Shown: positions 12,080 to 21,717, counted from the first letter of the stretch. The stretch: DNA of 32,000 nt from Atlantibacter sp. (GCF_032075065.1 NZ_DAMAZC010000017.1:5580-37579); one strand, 5' to 3'. The notes: generated by a model from the sequence alone, not told the origin. Program-made: numbers and translations.

Positions 12080-12347
12080 ACTGCTGTTTGAACTTGCCTT
12101 ATAGTTTAAATCTTGTAATACCCAATACTTCCCGGCGCTAAAAGACAGACTGCCTTTCAGCTCGCGTGAAGTGATAATTATCCGGGCTCATCATTCATTC
12201 CGTCTTGTCGTTTCAGTTCTGCGTTCTTTCCTGCAACCAGGCCACGAACAGACATGAGATGAAGGCCGTTAACAGGCATGGATGTTCCTGCCATACCATT
12301 CACAACATTAAGTTCGAGATTTACCCCGAGTTTAAGAACCCACCATT
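12080..12347 (+). promoter_or_regulatory. rho 5' leader (autogenous Rho-dependent attenuation region)
   Basis: This long untranslated, C-rich/G-poor stretch precedes rho (for example CATTCATTCCGTCTTGTCGTTTCAGTTCTGCGTTCTTTCCTGCAACC). It aligns with the E. coli rho leader as I recall it. Autoregulation by attenuation is established for E. coli. The boundaries here are approximate. Confidence 0.5.
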
Positions 12348-13607
12348 ATGAATCTTACCGAATTAAAGAATACGCCGGTTTCTGAGCTGATTACTCTCGG
12401 CGAAAATATGGGGCTGGAAAACCTGGCCCGTATGCGCAAACAGGACATTATTTTTGCCATCCTGAAGCAACACGCGAAGAGTGGCGAAGATATCTTTGGC
12501 GACGGTGTGCTGGAGATATTGCAGGACGGATTTGGTTTCCTCCGTTCCGCAGACAGCTCCTACCTTGCCGGTCCCGATGACATCTACGTTTCTCCCAGCC
12601 AAATCCGCCGTTTCAACCTCCGCACAGGGGATACTATCTCCGGTAAGATTCGTCCGCCGAAAGAAGGCGAGCGTTACTTTGCGCTGCTGAAAGTTAACGA
12701 AGTCAACTACGACAAACCCGAAAACGCCCGTAACAAAATCCTGTTTGAAAACCTTACCCCGCTGCACGCGAACTCCCGTTTGCGTATGGAGCGCGGTAAC
12801 GGCTCTACCGAGGATTTAACCGCGCGCGTACTGGATCTGGCATCGCCGATCGGTCGTGGCCAGCGTGGTCTGATTGTGGCGCCGCCGAAAGCCGGTAAAA
12901 CCATGCTGCTGCAGAACATTGCCCAGAGCATCGCTTACAACCATCCTGACTGTGTGCTGATGGTATTGCTGATCGACGAACGTCCGGAAGAAGTGACCGA
13001 GATGCAGCGTCTGGTGAAAGGTGAAGTGGTTGCGTCGACCTTCGACGAACCGGCATCTCGCCACGTTCAGGTTGCGGAGATGGTGATCGAGAAGGCTAAG
13101 CGCCTGGTTGAACACAAGAAAGACGTGATCATTCTGCTCGACTCCATTACCCGTCTGGCGCGCGCCTACAACACCGTGGTACCGGCTTCCGGTAAAGTGT
13201 TGACCGGTGGTGTGGATGCCAACGCCCTGCATCGTCCGAAGCGTTTCTTCGGTGCCGCGCGTAACGTGGAAGAGGGCGGTAGCCTGACCATCATCGCGAC
13301 TGCGCTGATCGATACCGGCTCCAAAATGGACGAAGTTATCTACGAAGAATTTAAAGGTACAGGCAACATGGAACTGCACCTGTCTCGTAAGATTGCTGAA
13401 AAACGCGTGTTCCCGGCGATTGATTACAACCGCTCCGGTACCCGTAAAGAAGAGCTGCTCACCACTCAGGAAGAGCTGCAAAAAATGTGGATCCTGCGTA
13501 AGATCATTCACCCGATGGGCGAAATCGACGCGATGGAATTCCTCATTAATAAGCTGGCCATGACGAAGACGAACGATGATTTCTTCGACATGATGAAGCG
13601 CTCTTAA
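12348..13607 (+). CDS. rho: Transcription termination factor Rho
   Basis: The 419-aa product begins [56 protein letters not shown]... and has the Walker A motif PPKAGKT. It is virtually identical to E. coli Rho. Confidence 0.98.
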   Translation: MNLTELKNTPVSELITLGENMGLENLARMRKQDIIFAILKQHAKSGEDIFGDGVLEILQDGFGFLRSADSSYLAGPDDIYVSPSQIRRFNLRTGDTISGKIRPPKEGERYFALLKVNEVNYDKPENARNKILFENLTPLHANSRLRMERGNGSTEDLTARVLDLASPIGRGQRGLIVAPPKAGKTMLLQNIAQSIAYNHPDCVLMVLLIDERPEEVTEMQRLVKGEVVASTFDEPASRHVQVAEMVIEKAKRLVEHKKDVIILLDSITRLARAYNTVVPASGKVLTGGVDANALHRPKRFFGAARNVEEGGSLTIIATALIDTGSKMDEVIYEEFKGTGNMELHLSRKIAEKRVFPAIDYNRSGTRKEELLTTQEELQKMWILRKIIHPMGEIDAMEFLINKLAMTKTNDDFFDMMKRS

Positions 13608-13625
13608 GTTGTAAAAACTCGGGGA

Positions 13626-13651
13626 ACGCCACGCTTTGTCGTGGCGTTTTT
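13626..13651 (+). terminator. Intrinsic terminator after rho
   Basis: The stem ACGCCACG (13626-13633) pairs with CGTGGCGT (13640-13647) around a 6-nt loop and is followed by a run of T. Confidence 0.8.
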
Positions 13652-13855
13652 CATTATAGTTTTTGGGATACGGAATTTTCCTCTTGCTCCAGGGTTTTTT
13701 CCCTGCCAAGGTCGCGTGACTTCTGTGAGTTAGCTATCTTTATCTTGCTGAATAATAAATAGTCCCTTTCAAGGATGATGCATAACTGCCCTTCTGAAGC
13801 AATGACTTCGCGGTTATACTTCCAACGGACTTATCTTTTGCAGAGAGCGCACACT

Positions 13856-14959
13856 GTGAATTTAATTACCTCGGGTGCCGAGCTAATCGGTATCTTTTTA
13901 TTCACAACCATTTTTCTTTTTTTCGCCCGCAAGGTGGCTAAAAAAATTGGATTGGTGGATAAGCCCAACTTCCGCAAACGCCACCAGGGTCTTATCCCCT
14001 TAGTGGGCGGAATTTCCGTCTTTGCAGGCATCTGTTTTACTTTTGCAATCGCTGACTACTATATCCCTCATGCCATGCTGTATCTGTCATGCGCCGGCGT
14101 TTTGGTACTGGTAGGCGCGCTGGACGATCGTTTCGATATCAGCGTAAAAATTCGCGCGCTGATTCAGGCCATCATTGCTGTCGTCATGATGTGGTTTGGC
14201 GGGCTGTATATGAGCAGCCTGGGCTATATTTTCGGCTCATGGGAAATGGTGCTCGGTCCGTTCGGCTATTTCCTGACACTGTTTGCGGTCTGGGCCGCCA
14301 TCAACGCTTTCAATATGGTTGATGGCATTGACGGGCTGCTCGGCGGGCTTTCCTGCGTGTCGTTTGCCGCCATGGGGCTGATTTTGTGGTTCGATGGGCA
14401 ACTCAGCCTCGCGATGTGGTGCTTCGCCATGATCGCCGCCATCCTTCCCTATATTCTACTGAACCTGGGCGCGCTGGGCCGTCGCTATAAAGTCTTTATG
14501 GGCGACGCAGGCAGTACGCTGATTGGTTTTACCGTTATCTGGATCCTGCTGGAAACCACCCAGGGCGCGACCCGTCCGATTAGCCCGGTCACCGCGCTAT
14601 GGATCATCGCCATCCCGTTAATGGATATGGTCGCGATCATGTATCGTCGGTTACGCCGCGGCATGAGCCCTTTCTCGCCTGACCGCCAGCATATTCATCA
14701 TTTGATCATGCGGGCTGGTTTTACTTCCCGACAAGCTTTTGTTCTGATTACCCTTGCCGCCGCGCTGCTGGCGGGCATTGGCGTCGCTTCCGAATATGCA
14801 CATTTTATTCCTGAATGGGTAATGTTGGCATTGTTTTTGCTAGCATTTTTCCTCTACGGGTACTGTATTAAACGGGCGTGGAAAGTCGCGCGTCTGATTA
14901 AGCGCATCAAACGTCGTATGCGCAGAAATAACGATAACAACCCGACATTAACCAAATGA
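13856..14959 (+). CDS. wecA: UDP-GlcNAc:undecaprenyl-phosphate GlcNAc-1-phosphate transferase
   Basis: The ORF track starts at 13775 (394 aa). Homology to E. coli WecA (MNLLTVSTDLISIFLFTT...) starts at the GTG at 13856 (VNLITSGAELIGIFLFTTIFLFFARKVAKK...), which gives 367 aa, the K-12 length. It is a polytopic membrane protein and the first gene of the ECA cluster. Confidence 0.93.
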   Translation: MNLITSGAELIGIFLFTTIFLFFARKVAKKIGLVDKPNFRKRHQGLIPLVGGISVFAGICFTFAIADYYIPHAMLYLSCAGVLVLVGALDDRFDISVKIRALIQAIIAVVMMWFGGLYMSSLGYIFGSWEMVLGPFGYFLTLFAVWAAINAFNMVDGIDGLLGGLSCVSFAAMGLILWFDGQLSLAMWCFAMIAAILPYILLNLGALGRRYKVFMGDAGSTLIGFTVIWILLETTQGATRPISPVTALWIIAIPLMDMVAIMYRRLRRGMSPFSPDRQHIHHLIMRAGFTSRQAFVLITLAAALLAGIGVASEYAHFIPEWVMLALFLLAFFLYGYCIKRAWKVARLIKRIKRRMRRNNDNNPTLTK

Positions 14960-14969
14960 AGCTGGGGAA

Positions 14970-16019
14970 GTGATGAAAGAGCAATTGCCAGGCACACAAC
15001 AGGGGATGGTTGAAAATGAGCTGGACGTGCGCGGTCTGTTCCGCACGTTCTGGGCGGGCAAAATCTGGATCGTCGGGTTTGCCGCGCTGTTTATCATCGG
15101 CGCGCTGGTGTACACCATTTTCGCACGTCAGGAGTGGAGCGCGACGGCAATCACCGATCGGCCTACCGTGAATATGCTGGGTAGCTACTACTCGCAGCAG
15201 CAGTTCCTGCGTAATCTGGATGTGAAAGCCAATCCTAATGGAGTTGAGCAGCCTTCGGTCATGGATGATGCGTATAAAGAATTCATCATGCAGCTTTCCG
15301 CCTGGGATACCCGCCGCGATTTCTGGCTACAAACCGATTATTACCAGCAGCGTAAAGCCGGTAACAGTAAAGTCGACGCAGCGCTGTTGGATGAACTGAT
15401 CGGCAATATCCAGTTCACGGCAGGGGATTTCACCCGCAATTTGAATGACAGCGTCAAGCTGATCGCGGAAACCGCGCCGGACGCCAATAACCTGCTGCGT
15501 CAGTACGTGGCCTTTGCAAGCGAGCGTGCCGCCAGCCATTTAAATGACGAACTAAAAGGTGCCTGGGCAGCGCGCACTATTCAGATGAAGGCACAGGTCA
15601 AGCGTCAGGAAGCCGTGGCCAAAGCTATCTATACCCGCAAAGTGCAAAGCGTGCAGGAAGCGTTAAAAATCGCCCAGCAGCACAATATTTCCACTAGCGA
15701 GACTCAGGTGCCTGCCGAGGAGCTGCCGGATTCCGAACTGTTTATGCTTGGGCGTCCGATGTTGCAGGCGCGCCTTGAGAATCTTCAGGCGGTCGGGCCT
15801 TCTTTTGACATCAGCTACGATCAAAATCGGGCGATGCTTACGACCCTTAATGTGGGTCCCTCGCTCGATCCCCGTTTTCAAACCTACCGTTATTTGAGAA
15901 CGCCTGAAGAACCGGTGAAGCGCGACAGTCCGCGCAGAGCATTCCTGATGATTATGTGGGGCGCAGTGGGTGCGCTCATTGGCGCAGGCGTTGCCCTGGC
16001 CCGTCGTCGTCCGACATAA
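14970..16019 (+). CDS. wzzE: ECA polysaccharide chain-length modulator (PCP-1 family)
   Basis: This is a 349-aa ORF. ENELDVRGLFRTFWAGKIW...RPTVNMLGSYYSQQQFLRNLDV...PRRAFLMIMWGAVGALIGAGVALARR is collinear with E. coli WzzE, with two terminal TM segments. The start is either the GTG at 14970 or the ATG at 14973. Confidence 0.92.
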   Translation: MMKEQLPGTQQGMVENELDVRGLFRTFWAGKIWIVGFAALFIIGALVYTIFARQEWSATAITDRPTVNMLGSYYSQQQFLRNLDVKANPNGVEQPSVMDDAYKEFIMQLSAWDTRRDFWLQTDYYQQRKAGNSKVDAALLDELIGNIQFTAGDFTRNLNDSVKLIAETAPDANNLLRQYVAFASERAASHLNDELKGAWAARTIQMKAQVKRQEAVAKAIYTRKVQSVQEALKIAQQHNISTSETQVPAEELPDSELFMLGRPMLQARLENLQAVGPSFDISYDQNRAMLTTLNVGPSLDPRFQTYRYLRTPEEPVKRDSPRRAFLMIMWGAVGALIGAGVALARRRPT

Positions 16020-16074
16020 GCATTTTGTAATGCGCGTAGCGTGCTGCGCGCGGATTTAATGGAAGAGAAGCGCT

Positions 16075-16296
16075 GTGAAAGTATTAACCGTTTTTGGCAC
16101 GCGTCCGGAAGCCTTCAAAGCAGGCACGGTACGTCAGGTCGGTACTGACAGCACGCGTATTGTTGCGGAAGTCTCCCGTCTTCTGCATGACGATAGGGAA
16201 TATCAAGTTATGAGCAAGGCCCATAATCCTTGTGGCGATGGAAAAGCCTGCGTTCGCATTTTGCAAGCATTAGAAAATAATCGGATAACACTATGA
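16075..16296 (+). pseudogene. wecB: UDP-GlcNAc 2-epimerase remnant with an in-frame internal deletion (73 codons versus about 376)
   Basis: The GTG-started 73-aa ORF is [13 protein letters not shown]|[60 protein letters not shown]. The first roughly 14 residues match the WecB N-terminus ([19 protein letters not shown]...). The rest matches the WecB C-terminus (...TERPEAVTAGTVRLVGTD...NPYGDG...NNRISL). About 300 central codons, including the catalytic core, are absent. The stop still overlaps the wecC ATG (ATGA at 16293-16296). Confidence 0.85.
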
Positions 16297-17555
16297 GTTT
16301 CTCAACTATTTCAGTAATTGGGCTGGGATACATTGGTTTGCCAACCGCCGCCGCCTTCGCATCGCGTCAGAAGCATGTTGTAGGTGTCGACATTAGCTCC
16401 CGCGCGGTTGACACCATTAACCGGGGTGAAATTCATATTGTTGAACCAGAATTAGGCAGCGTCGTGAAAGCGGCGGTCGAAGGCGGTTTTCTGCGCGCGA
16501 CCACTCATCCCGAGGAAGCCGATGCGTTTCTGATTGCTGTGCCGACGCCATTTAAAGGCGAGCATGAACCAGACATGAAATACGTGCAGGCTGCGGCGGA
16601 ATCTATCGCCCCCGTGCTGCGCAAAGGCAACCTGGTGATCCTGGAATCCACATCGCCCGTCGGCTCTACCGAACAAATGGCGCAGTGGCTGGCGGCATTA
16701 CGCCCGGATCTCAGTTTTCCTCAACAGGCTGGCGATGATGCTGATATCAACATCGCCTATTGCCCGGAACGCGTCCTGCCCGGTCAGGTGATGGTTGAGC
16801 TGATTAAAAACGACCGCGTAGTCGGCGGGATGACGGCAGTCTGCTCCGCGCGCGCCAGTGAACTGTATTACATCTTCCTCGAAGGTGAGTGTGTGGTGAC
16901 AAACGCCCGCACCGCTGAAATGTGCAAACTAACCGAAAACAGCTTCCGCGATGTGAATATCGCCTTCGCCAATGAGCTGTCGCTGATTTGCGCCGATCAG
17001 CAGATCAACGTCTGGGAGCTGATTCGCCTGGCGAACCGCCACCCGCGCGTGAATATTTTGCAGCCCGGCCCAGGCGTTGGCGGGCACTGCATTGCAGTCG
17101 ATCCGTGGTTTATTGTGGCGCAGAATCCCGAGCAGGCGCGTCTTATCCGTACTGCCCGCGAAGTGAACGATTACAAACCGCATTGGGTGCTCGATCGCGT
17201 TAAAGCGACCGTCGCCGATTGCCTGACCGCCAGCGGCAAGCGCGCCAGCGAACTGAAAATCGCCTGCTTTGGGCTGGCGTTCAAACCTAATATCGATGAT
17301 TTGCGCGAAAGCCCGGCGATGGAGATTGCCCATCAAATCGCCCAGTGGAACAGCGGTGAAACGCTGGTGGTCGAACCCAATATTCATCAGCTGCCGGAAA
17401 GCCTTGCGCCGTACTGTAAGCTGACCGCGATTGACGAAGCGCTGGCCCAGGCCGATGTGCTGGTGATGCTGGTCGATCATGCGCCGTTTAAAGCGATTGA
17501 GGCCAGCGCTGTTCATCAAACGTGGATCGTCGATACCAAAGGGGTATGGCGATGA
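16293..17555 (+). CDS. wecC: UDP-N-acetyl-D-mannosamine dehydrogenase
   Basis: This is a 420-aa [30 protein letters not shown] (NAD-binding GxGxxG) and the remainder are collinear with E. coli WecC, ending ...DTKGVWR. Confidence 0.95.
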   Translation: MSFSTISVIGLGYIGLPTAAAFASRQKHVVGVDISSRAVDTINRGEIHIVEPELGSVVKAAVEGGFLRATTHPEEADAFLIAVPTPFKGEHEPDMKYVQAAAESIAPVLRKGNLVILESTSPVGSTEQMAQWLAALRPDLSFPQQAGDDADINIAYCPERVLPGQVMVELIKNDRVVGGMTAVCSARASELYYIFLEGECVVTNARTAEMCKLTENSFRDVNIAFANELSLICADQQINVWELIRLANRHPRVNILQPGPGVGGHCIAVDPWFIVAQNPEQARLIRTAREVNDYKPHWVLDRVKATVADCLTASGKRASELKIACFGLAFKPNIDDLRESPAMEIAHQIAQWNSGETLVVEPNIHQLPESLAPYCKLTAIDEALAQADVLVMLVDHAPFKAIEASAVHQTWIVDTKGVWR

Positions 17556-17575
17556 AGCGTGGTTTACGGGAGTAA
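17552..17575 (+). other. 7-codon mini-ORF at the position where rffG-rffH would lie (putative deletion scar)
   Basis: The sequence is ATG AAG CGT GGT TTA CGG GAG TAA. Its ATG overlaps the wecC stop as ATGA, which is where rffG normally starts. Its 3' end carries GGGAG (17568-17572), which serves as the SD for the wecD GTG at 17580. Nothing resembling RffG (about 355 aa) or RffH (about 293 aa) is encoded between wecC and wecD. Confidence 0.6.
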
Positions 17576-17579
17576 CGCC

Positions 17580-18257
17580 GTGACTATCCAGGCCCGCATT
17601 GATGCGCTTGAATGGGAAAGCCGGTTCTTTGGAATCAATACCGCAATCCTGCGCCTGGGCGATGATGCGCCGGTGCTGGATGCTACGCAGTTAACCGCCT
17701 GGTCCCGTTTGCAGGCGAAAGTGCCCGCGCAGCGTACAGACTGGCTGGACGATCTACAGCAGATGCAGTTTCAGCTGGTAGAAGGTGAAGCCGATTTTGT
17801 GCTGGATGTTGGCGTCGGTAATACCGACCCCGGCCTTCAGCCTGCGGGAGCAGAAGATATCCCCGCGCTGCGCGCCCTGGCGGCCACGCTGTTTGCCAAC
17901 AGCCGTTTTCGCGCCCCCTGGTATGCGCCTGACGCCAGCGGGCGTTTTTACGCTCAGTGGGTGGAGAATGCCGTTAACGGCAGTTTCGATCATACCTGCC
18001 TGGTACTGCGCGAGGACGACGGCGCAATCCGGGGATTTGTCACGCTGCGCCGCCTCAATGACAGCGAGACGCGTATCGGCCTGCTGGGCGGTTATGGCGC
18101 AGGGCGCATCCTGATGGATGCCGCGCGCCGCTGGTGTGAAATTCGTCAATCAAACGTGTTGCGTGTGGCGACCCAAATGGGCAATCGCGCCGCTATTCGT
18201 CGTTATATTCAAAGCGGTGCTACCCTGGACAGCGCCGCGTACTGGCTATACAGGTGA
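17580..18257 (+). CDS. wecD: dTDP-fucosamine acetyltransferase (GNAT)
   Basis: The ORF track starts at 17559. The GTG at 17580 gives MTIQARIDALEWESRFFGINTAILRL..., the same length register as E. coli WecD ([26 protein letters not shown]...). The product is 225 aa and contains the conserved SRFRAPWYAPDASGRFYAQW and LRVATQMGN...YIQSGA...AYWLYR blocks. Confidence 0.88.
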   Translation: MTIQARIDALEWESRFFGINTAILRLGDDAPVLDATQLTAWSRLQAKVPAQRTDWLDDLQQMQFQLVEGEADFVLDVGVGNTDPGLQPAGAEDIPALRALAATLFANSRFRAPWYAPDASGRFYAQWVENAVNGSFDHTCLVLREDDGAIRGFVTLRRLNDSETRIGLLGGYGAGRILMDAARRWCEIRQSNVLRVATQMGNRAAIRRYIQSGATLDSAAYWLYR

Positions 18258-18261
18258 ACAG

Positions 18262-19392
18262 ATGATCCCATTTAATGCTCCGCCCGTGGTTGGAACGGAA
18301 ATTGACTACATGCAGTCTGCGATGGGCAGTGGAAAATTGTGTGGTGATGGCGGCTTTACCCGTCGTTGCCAGCAGTGGTTTGAGCAACGCTTCGGCAGCG
18401 CCAAGGTATTGCTTACGCCGTCCTGCACCGCATCGCTGGAAATGGCGGCACTGCTGTTGGATATTCAGCCCGGCGATGAAGTGATCATGCCGAGCTATAC
18501 CTTCGTTTCTACCGCCAACGCTTTTGTACTGCGTGGCGCGAATATCGTCTTTGTCGATTTGCGTCCCGACACCATGAACATCGACGAAACGCTGATTGAA
18601 GCGGCGATAACCGATAAAACCCGCGCGATCGTGCCGGTACATTATGCGGGCGTCGCCTGTGAAATGGACGCGATTATGGCCATCGCGAAAAAGCATAGCC
18701 TGTTCGTGGTGGAAGACGCGGCGCAGGGCGTGATGTCCACCTATAAAGGCCGGGCGTTAGGTACCATTGGCCATATCGGCTGTTTTAGTTTCCATGAAAC
18801 CAAGAACTACACGGCGGGCGGCGAAGGCGGCGCGACGCTGATTAACGACCCGAAGCTGATTGAACGTGCGGAAATCATTCGCGAGAAAGGCACCAACCGC
18901 AGCCAGTTCTTCCGGGGCCAGGTCGATAAATATACCTGGCGGGATATCGGCTCCAGCTATTTGATGTCAGATCTCCAGGCGGCCTATTTGTGGGCGCAAC
19001 TGGAGGCGGCGGATCGCATCAACCAGCAGCGCCTGACGCTGTGGCAAACCTATTATGATGCGCTCGAACCGCTGGCGCGCGCAGGGCGTATCGAGCTGCC
19101 CTCCATCCCGGATTCCTGCGTCCATAACGCGCATATGTTTTATATCAAACTGCGCGATATCGACGATCGCAGCAATCTGATTGCCTGGCTGAAAGAGGCG
19201 GAGATCCTGGCGGTGTTCCACTACATCCCGCTGCACAGCTGTCCGGCAGGCGAAAAATTTGGCGAATTCTTTGGCGAAGACCGCTACACCACCCGCGAAA
19301 GCGAACGCCTGCTGCGGTTGCCGCTGTTCTACAATCTGGCGCCTTTCAACCAGCGTACGGTTATCAATTCGCTGTTAAGTTACTTCGCCTGA
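18262..19392 (+). CDS. wecE: dTDP-4-amino-4,6-dideoxygalactose transaminase (DegT/WecE family, PLP)
   Basis: The ORF track starts at 18118 (424 aa). Homology to E. coli WecE (MIPFNAPPVVGTELDYMQSAMGSGKLCGDG...) starts at the ATG at 18262, which gives 376 aa. The SFHETKN PLP-lysine motif is present. Confidence 0.94.
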   Translation: MIPFNAPPVVGTEIDYMQSAMGSGKLCGDGGFTRRCQQWFEQRFGSAKVLLTPSCTASLEMAALLLDIQPGDEVIMPSYTFVSTANAFVLRGANIVFVDLRPDTMNIDETLIEAAITDKTRAIVPVHYAGVACEMDAIMAIAKKHSLFVVEDAAQGVMSTYKGRALGTIGHIGCFSFHETKNYTAGGEGGATLINDPKLIERAEIIREKGTNRSQFFRGQVDKYTWRDIGSSYLMSDLQAAYLWAQLEAADRINQQRLTLWQTYYDALEPLARAGRIELPSIPDSCVHNAHMFYIKLRDIDDRSNLIAWLKEAEILAVFHYIPLHSCPAGEKFGEFFGEDRYTTRESERLLRLPLFYNLAPFNQRTVINSLLSYFA

Positions 19393-19393
19393 T

Positions 19394-20644
19394 ATGTCTC
19401 TTGCAAAAGCCTCAGTGTGGACGGCAGCGTCTACGCTTATCAAGATTGCCGCCGGTTTGCTGGTAATTAAACTGCTGGCGGTGGCGTTCGGCCCGGAAGG
19501 GGTCGGGCAGGCAGGAAATTTTCGTCAGCTCATTACCGTATTAGGCGTGCTGGCAGGTGCCGGGATTTTTAATGGCGTCACTAAGCTGGTTGCCCAGCAT
19601 CATGACGATCCTGAACAACTCAGACAGGTCACCGGCACGTCGTCGGCGATGGTATTAGGGTTTTCCACGCTGTTGGCGATCGTTTTTTTGCTGGCCGCAC
19701 AGCCCATCAGCATTGGCCTGTTTGGGCACGACCGTTACCAGAACGTGGTGCGGCTGGTGGCTTTTATCCAGATGGGTATCGCCTGGGCTAACCTGACGCT
19801 GGCGATTTTGAAAGGCTTTCGCGATGCGCGCGGCAATGCGCTGTCGCTGATTATCGGCAGTCTCATTGGCGTCGCCGCCTGGTATCTGTGTTATCGCCTC
19901 GGTGGCTATGAAGGCGCTTTGCTGGGGCTGGCGCTGGTGCCCGCGCTGGTGGTTTTCCCGGCGTTATGGATGCTTAAACAGCGTGAGCATGTGCCTTTTG
20001 GTTACCTGAAACCACGCTGGGATAGCCCTCTCGCCAGACAGCTGTCGAAGTTTACCCTGATGGCGTTAATCACGTCGGTTACGCTGCCCGTAGCGTATGT
20101 GATGATGCGAAACCTCATGGCGGCCCAGTACAGCTGGGATGAAGTCGGCATCTGGCAAGGGGTAAGTACTATCTCTGATGCCTATCTGCAATTTATTACC
20201 GCCACGTTCAGCGTCTGGCTGCTGCCTACGCTGTCGCGCTTAACCGCCAAACAGGACATCACCCGTGAAGTGTTGCGATCGCTGAAGTTTGTGCTTCCGG
20301 CGGTTGCTGCGGCGAGCTTAACGGTCTGGCTGTTACGCGATGTCGCTATCTGGTTGCTATTCTCGACGAAATTTACCGCGATGCGCGATTTGTTCGCTTG
20401 GCAACTAGTGGGCGATGTGCTGAAAGTGGGCGCTTACGTGTTTGGTTATCTGGTGATCGCCAAAGCGTCGCTGCGTTTTTATATCCTGGCGGAGCTTAGC
20501 CAGTTTGCGCTGCTGACCGGGTTCTCCCGCTGGCTTATCCCTACTCACGGTGCGCTGGGTGCGGCGCAGGCATATATGGCCACCTATATCGTTTATTTCA
20601 CCTTATGTTGCGGCGTATTTTTACTCTGGCGCAGGAAAGCATGA
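19394..20644 (+). CDS. wzxE: ECA lipid III flippase (MOP/Wzx family)
   Basis: This 416-aa polytopic membrane protein begins [64 protein letters not shown]. Its length and position equal E. coli WzxE. Confidence 0.92.
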   Translation: MSLAKASVWTAASTLIKIAAGLLVIKLLAVAFGPEGVGQAGNFRQLITVLGVLAGAGIFNGVTKLVAQHHDDPEQLRQVTGTSSAMVLGFSTLLAIVFLLAAQPISIGLFGHDRYQNVVRLVAFIQMGIAWANLTLAILKGFRDARGNALSLIIGSLIGVAAWYLCYRLGGYEGALLGLALVPALVVFPALWMLKQREHVPFGYLKPRWDSPLARQLSKFTLMALITSVTLPVAYVMMRNLMAAQYSWDEVGIWQGVSTISDAYLQFITATFSVWLLPTLSRLTAKQDITREVLRSLKFVLPAVAAASLTVWLLRDVAIWLLFSTKFTAMRDLFAWQLVGDVLKVGAYVFGYLVIAKASLRFYILAELSQFALLTGFSRWLIPTHGALGAAQAYMATYIVYFTLCCGVFLLWRRKA

Positions 20645-21717
20645 ATCCGTTAATTCATATTCTGGGGTCGGATATTCCCCACCATAACCAAACCGTCCTG
20701 CGCTTTTTCAATGATGAATTAGCGTCGCTGGGGGCAGTCGCCCGGCGCTTTATGGTGGTTTCGCCGGATGCGTCTTTGCAAAGCCAGTATCCCGCGCTGG
20801 AAATCGCGTGCTTTCCCACTAAAAAAGCGCTCAGCGCTGCGGTTATCGCGCTGGCGCGTGGCGATCGCGCGCAGCGTTTTTTCTTCCACGGACAGTTTAA
20901 TGCGCCGCTGTGGATAGCGTTGCTGACCGGCGGGCTAAAATCATCCCAGGTGAGCTGGCATATCTGGGGGGCCGATCTGTATGAAGCATCGCGCAGTCTC
21001 AAGTTTCGTCTGTTCTATTTTCTGCGCCGACTGGCGCACAAGCGTATTGGGCACGTGTTTGCCACGCGCGGCGACCTGAATTATTTCCATCAGCGTAATC
21101 CTGCGGTGCCTGGCTCGCTGCTCTATTTCCCGACCCGCATGGATCCAGCGCTCAACACGCTGGAAAAAGCGCCAGCGGCGGGGAGATTGACCATTCTGGT
21201 AGGAAACTCCGGCGACAGGAGCAATGCGCATATTGCAGCGCTGAAGGCGGTGCACCAGCAGTTTGGCGATAACGTAGACGTGATTGTGCCGATGGGGTAT
21301 CCAGCCAACAATCAGGATTATATTGCGCAAGTTGAGCAGGCCGGAGCGTCTCTGTTCAGCGCGGGTAATCTGCATATTCTGCGCGAGCAGATGGCGTTTG
21401 ACGATTATCTGGCCATGCTGCGGCGCTGCGACCTGGGCTATTTTATTTTTGCCCGCCAGCAGGGCATCGGCACGCTGTGCCTGCTGATTCAGGCGGAGAT
21501 CCCCTGCGTGTTGAGCCGCCAAAACCCGTTCTGGCAAGATATGACGGAGCAGAATCTGCCGGTTTTGTTCACCGACGATATACTTAACGAAACGGTTATT
21601 CGCGAAGCGCAGCGTCAGCTTGCCCTGGTGGATAAAACAACCATCGCCTTCTTCCGGCCCGGCTATATCACTGGCTGGCATCAGGCGTTACGCGTGGCGG
21701 CGGGAGAGGCATCATGA
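20641..21717 (+). CDS. wecF: TDP-Fuc4NAc:lipid II Fuc4NAc transferase
   Basis: The ORF track starts at 20605. The ATG at 20641 overlaps the wzxE stop (ATGA) and gives [27 protein letters not shown]..., which matches the E. coli WecF start ([25 protein letters not shown]...). The product is 358 aa. Confidence 0.92.
   Translation: MNPLIHILGSDIPHHNQTVLRFFNDELASLGAVARRFMVVSPDASLQSQYPALEIACFPTKKALSAAVIALARGDRAQRFFFHGQFNAPLWIALLTGGLKSSQVSWHIWGADLYEASRSLKFRLFYFLRRLAHKRIGHVFATRGDLNYFHQRNPAVPGSLLYFPTRMDPALNTLEKAPAAGRLTILVGNSGDRSNAHIAALKAVHQQFGDNVDVIVPMGYPANNQDYIAQVEQAGASLFSAGNLHILREQMAFDDYLAMLRRCDLGYFIFARQQGIGTLCLLIQAEIPCVLSRQNPFWQDMTEQNLPVLFTDDILNETVIREAQRQLALVDKTTIAFFRPGYITGWHQALRVAAGEAS

Noticed and set aside
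12816-13709. Long antisense ORFs inside well-conserved genes. Examples are the 297-aa ORF opposite rho, the 246-aa ORF at 20941-21681 opposite wecF, the 225-aa ORF at 4709-5386 opposite ilvC, the 233-aa ORF at 8997-9698 opposite gppA, and the 200-aa ORF at 2588-3190 opposite ilvA.
   Set aside because: Each lies entirely within and opposite to a gene with unambiguous homology. Their products are Arg/His/Gln/Val-rich and low in complexity, as is typical of the reverse frame of GC-rich codons. They lack convincing RBSs and any recognisable family signature. I treat them as shadow ORFs.
13775-13855. N-terminal extensions in the ORF track. These are wecA from 13775, ilvY to 4455, wecE from 18118, wecF from 20605, wecD from 17559, yifK from 23918, hemC to 30658, and the ppiC paralog to 6634.
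   Set aside because: Homology to the E. coli proteins begins at internal GTG/ATG codons that have RBSs or stop/start overlaps. The extensions run through promoter or operator regions or the upstream gene, and have no counterpart in the homologs.
16020-17600. Recombinase scars (FRT, loxP, att sites), IS ends or target-site duplications at the two ECA deletion junctions.
   Set aside because: I could not find an FRT (GAAGTTCCTATAC...) or loxP (ATAACTTCGTATA...) core, an inverted-repeat terminus or a flanking direct repeat. The wecB junction is explained by RPEA-coding microhomology. The rffGH junction shows nothing but native-looking sequence. This does not exclude scarless allelic exchange.
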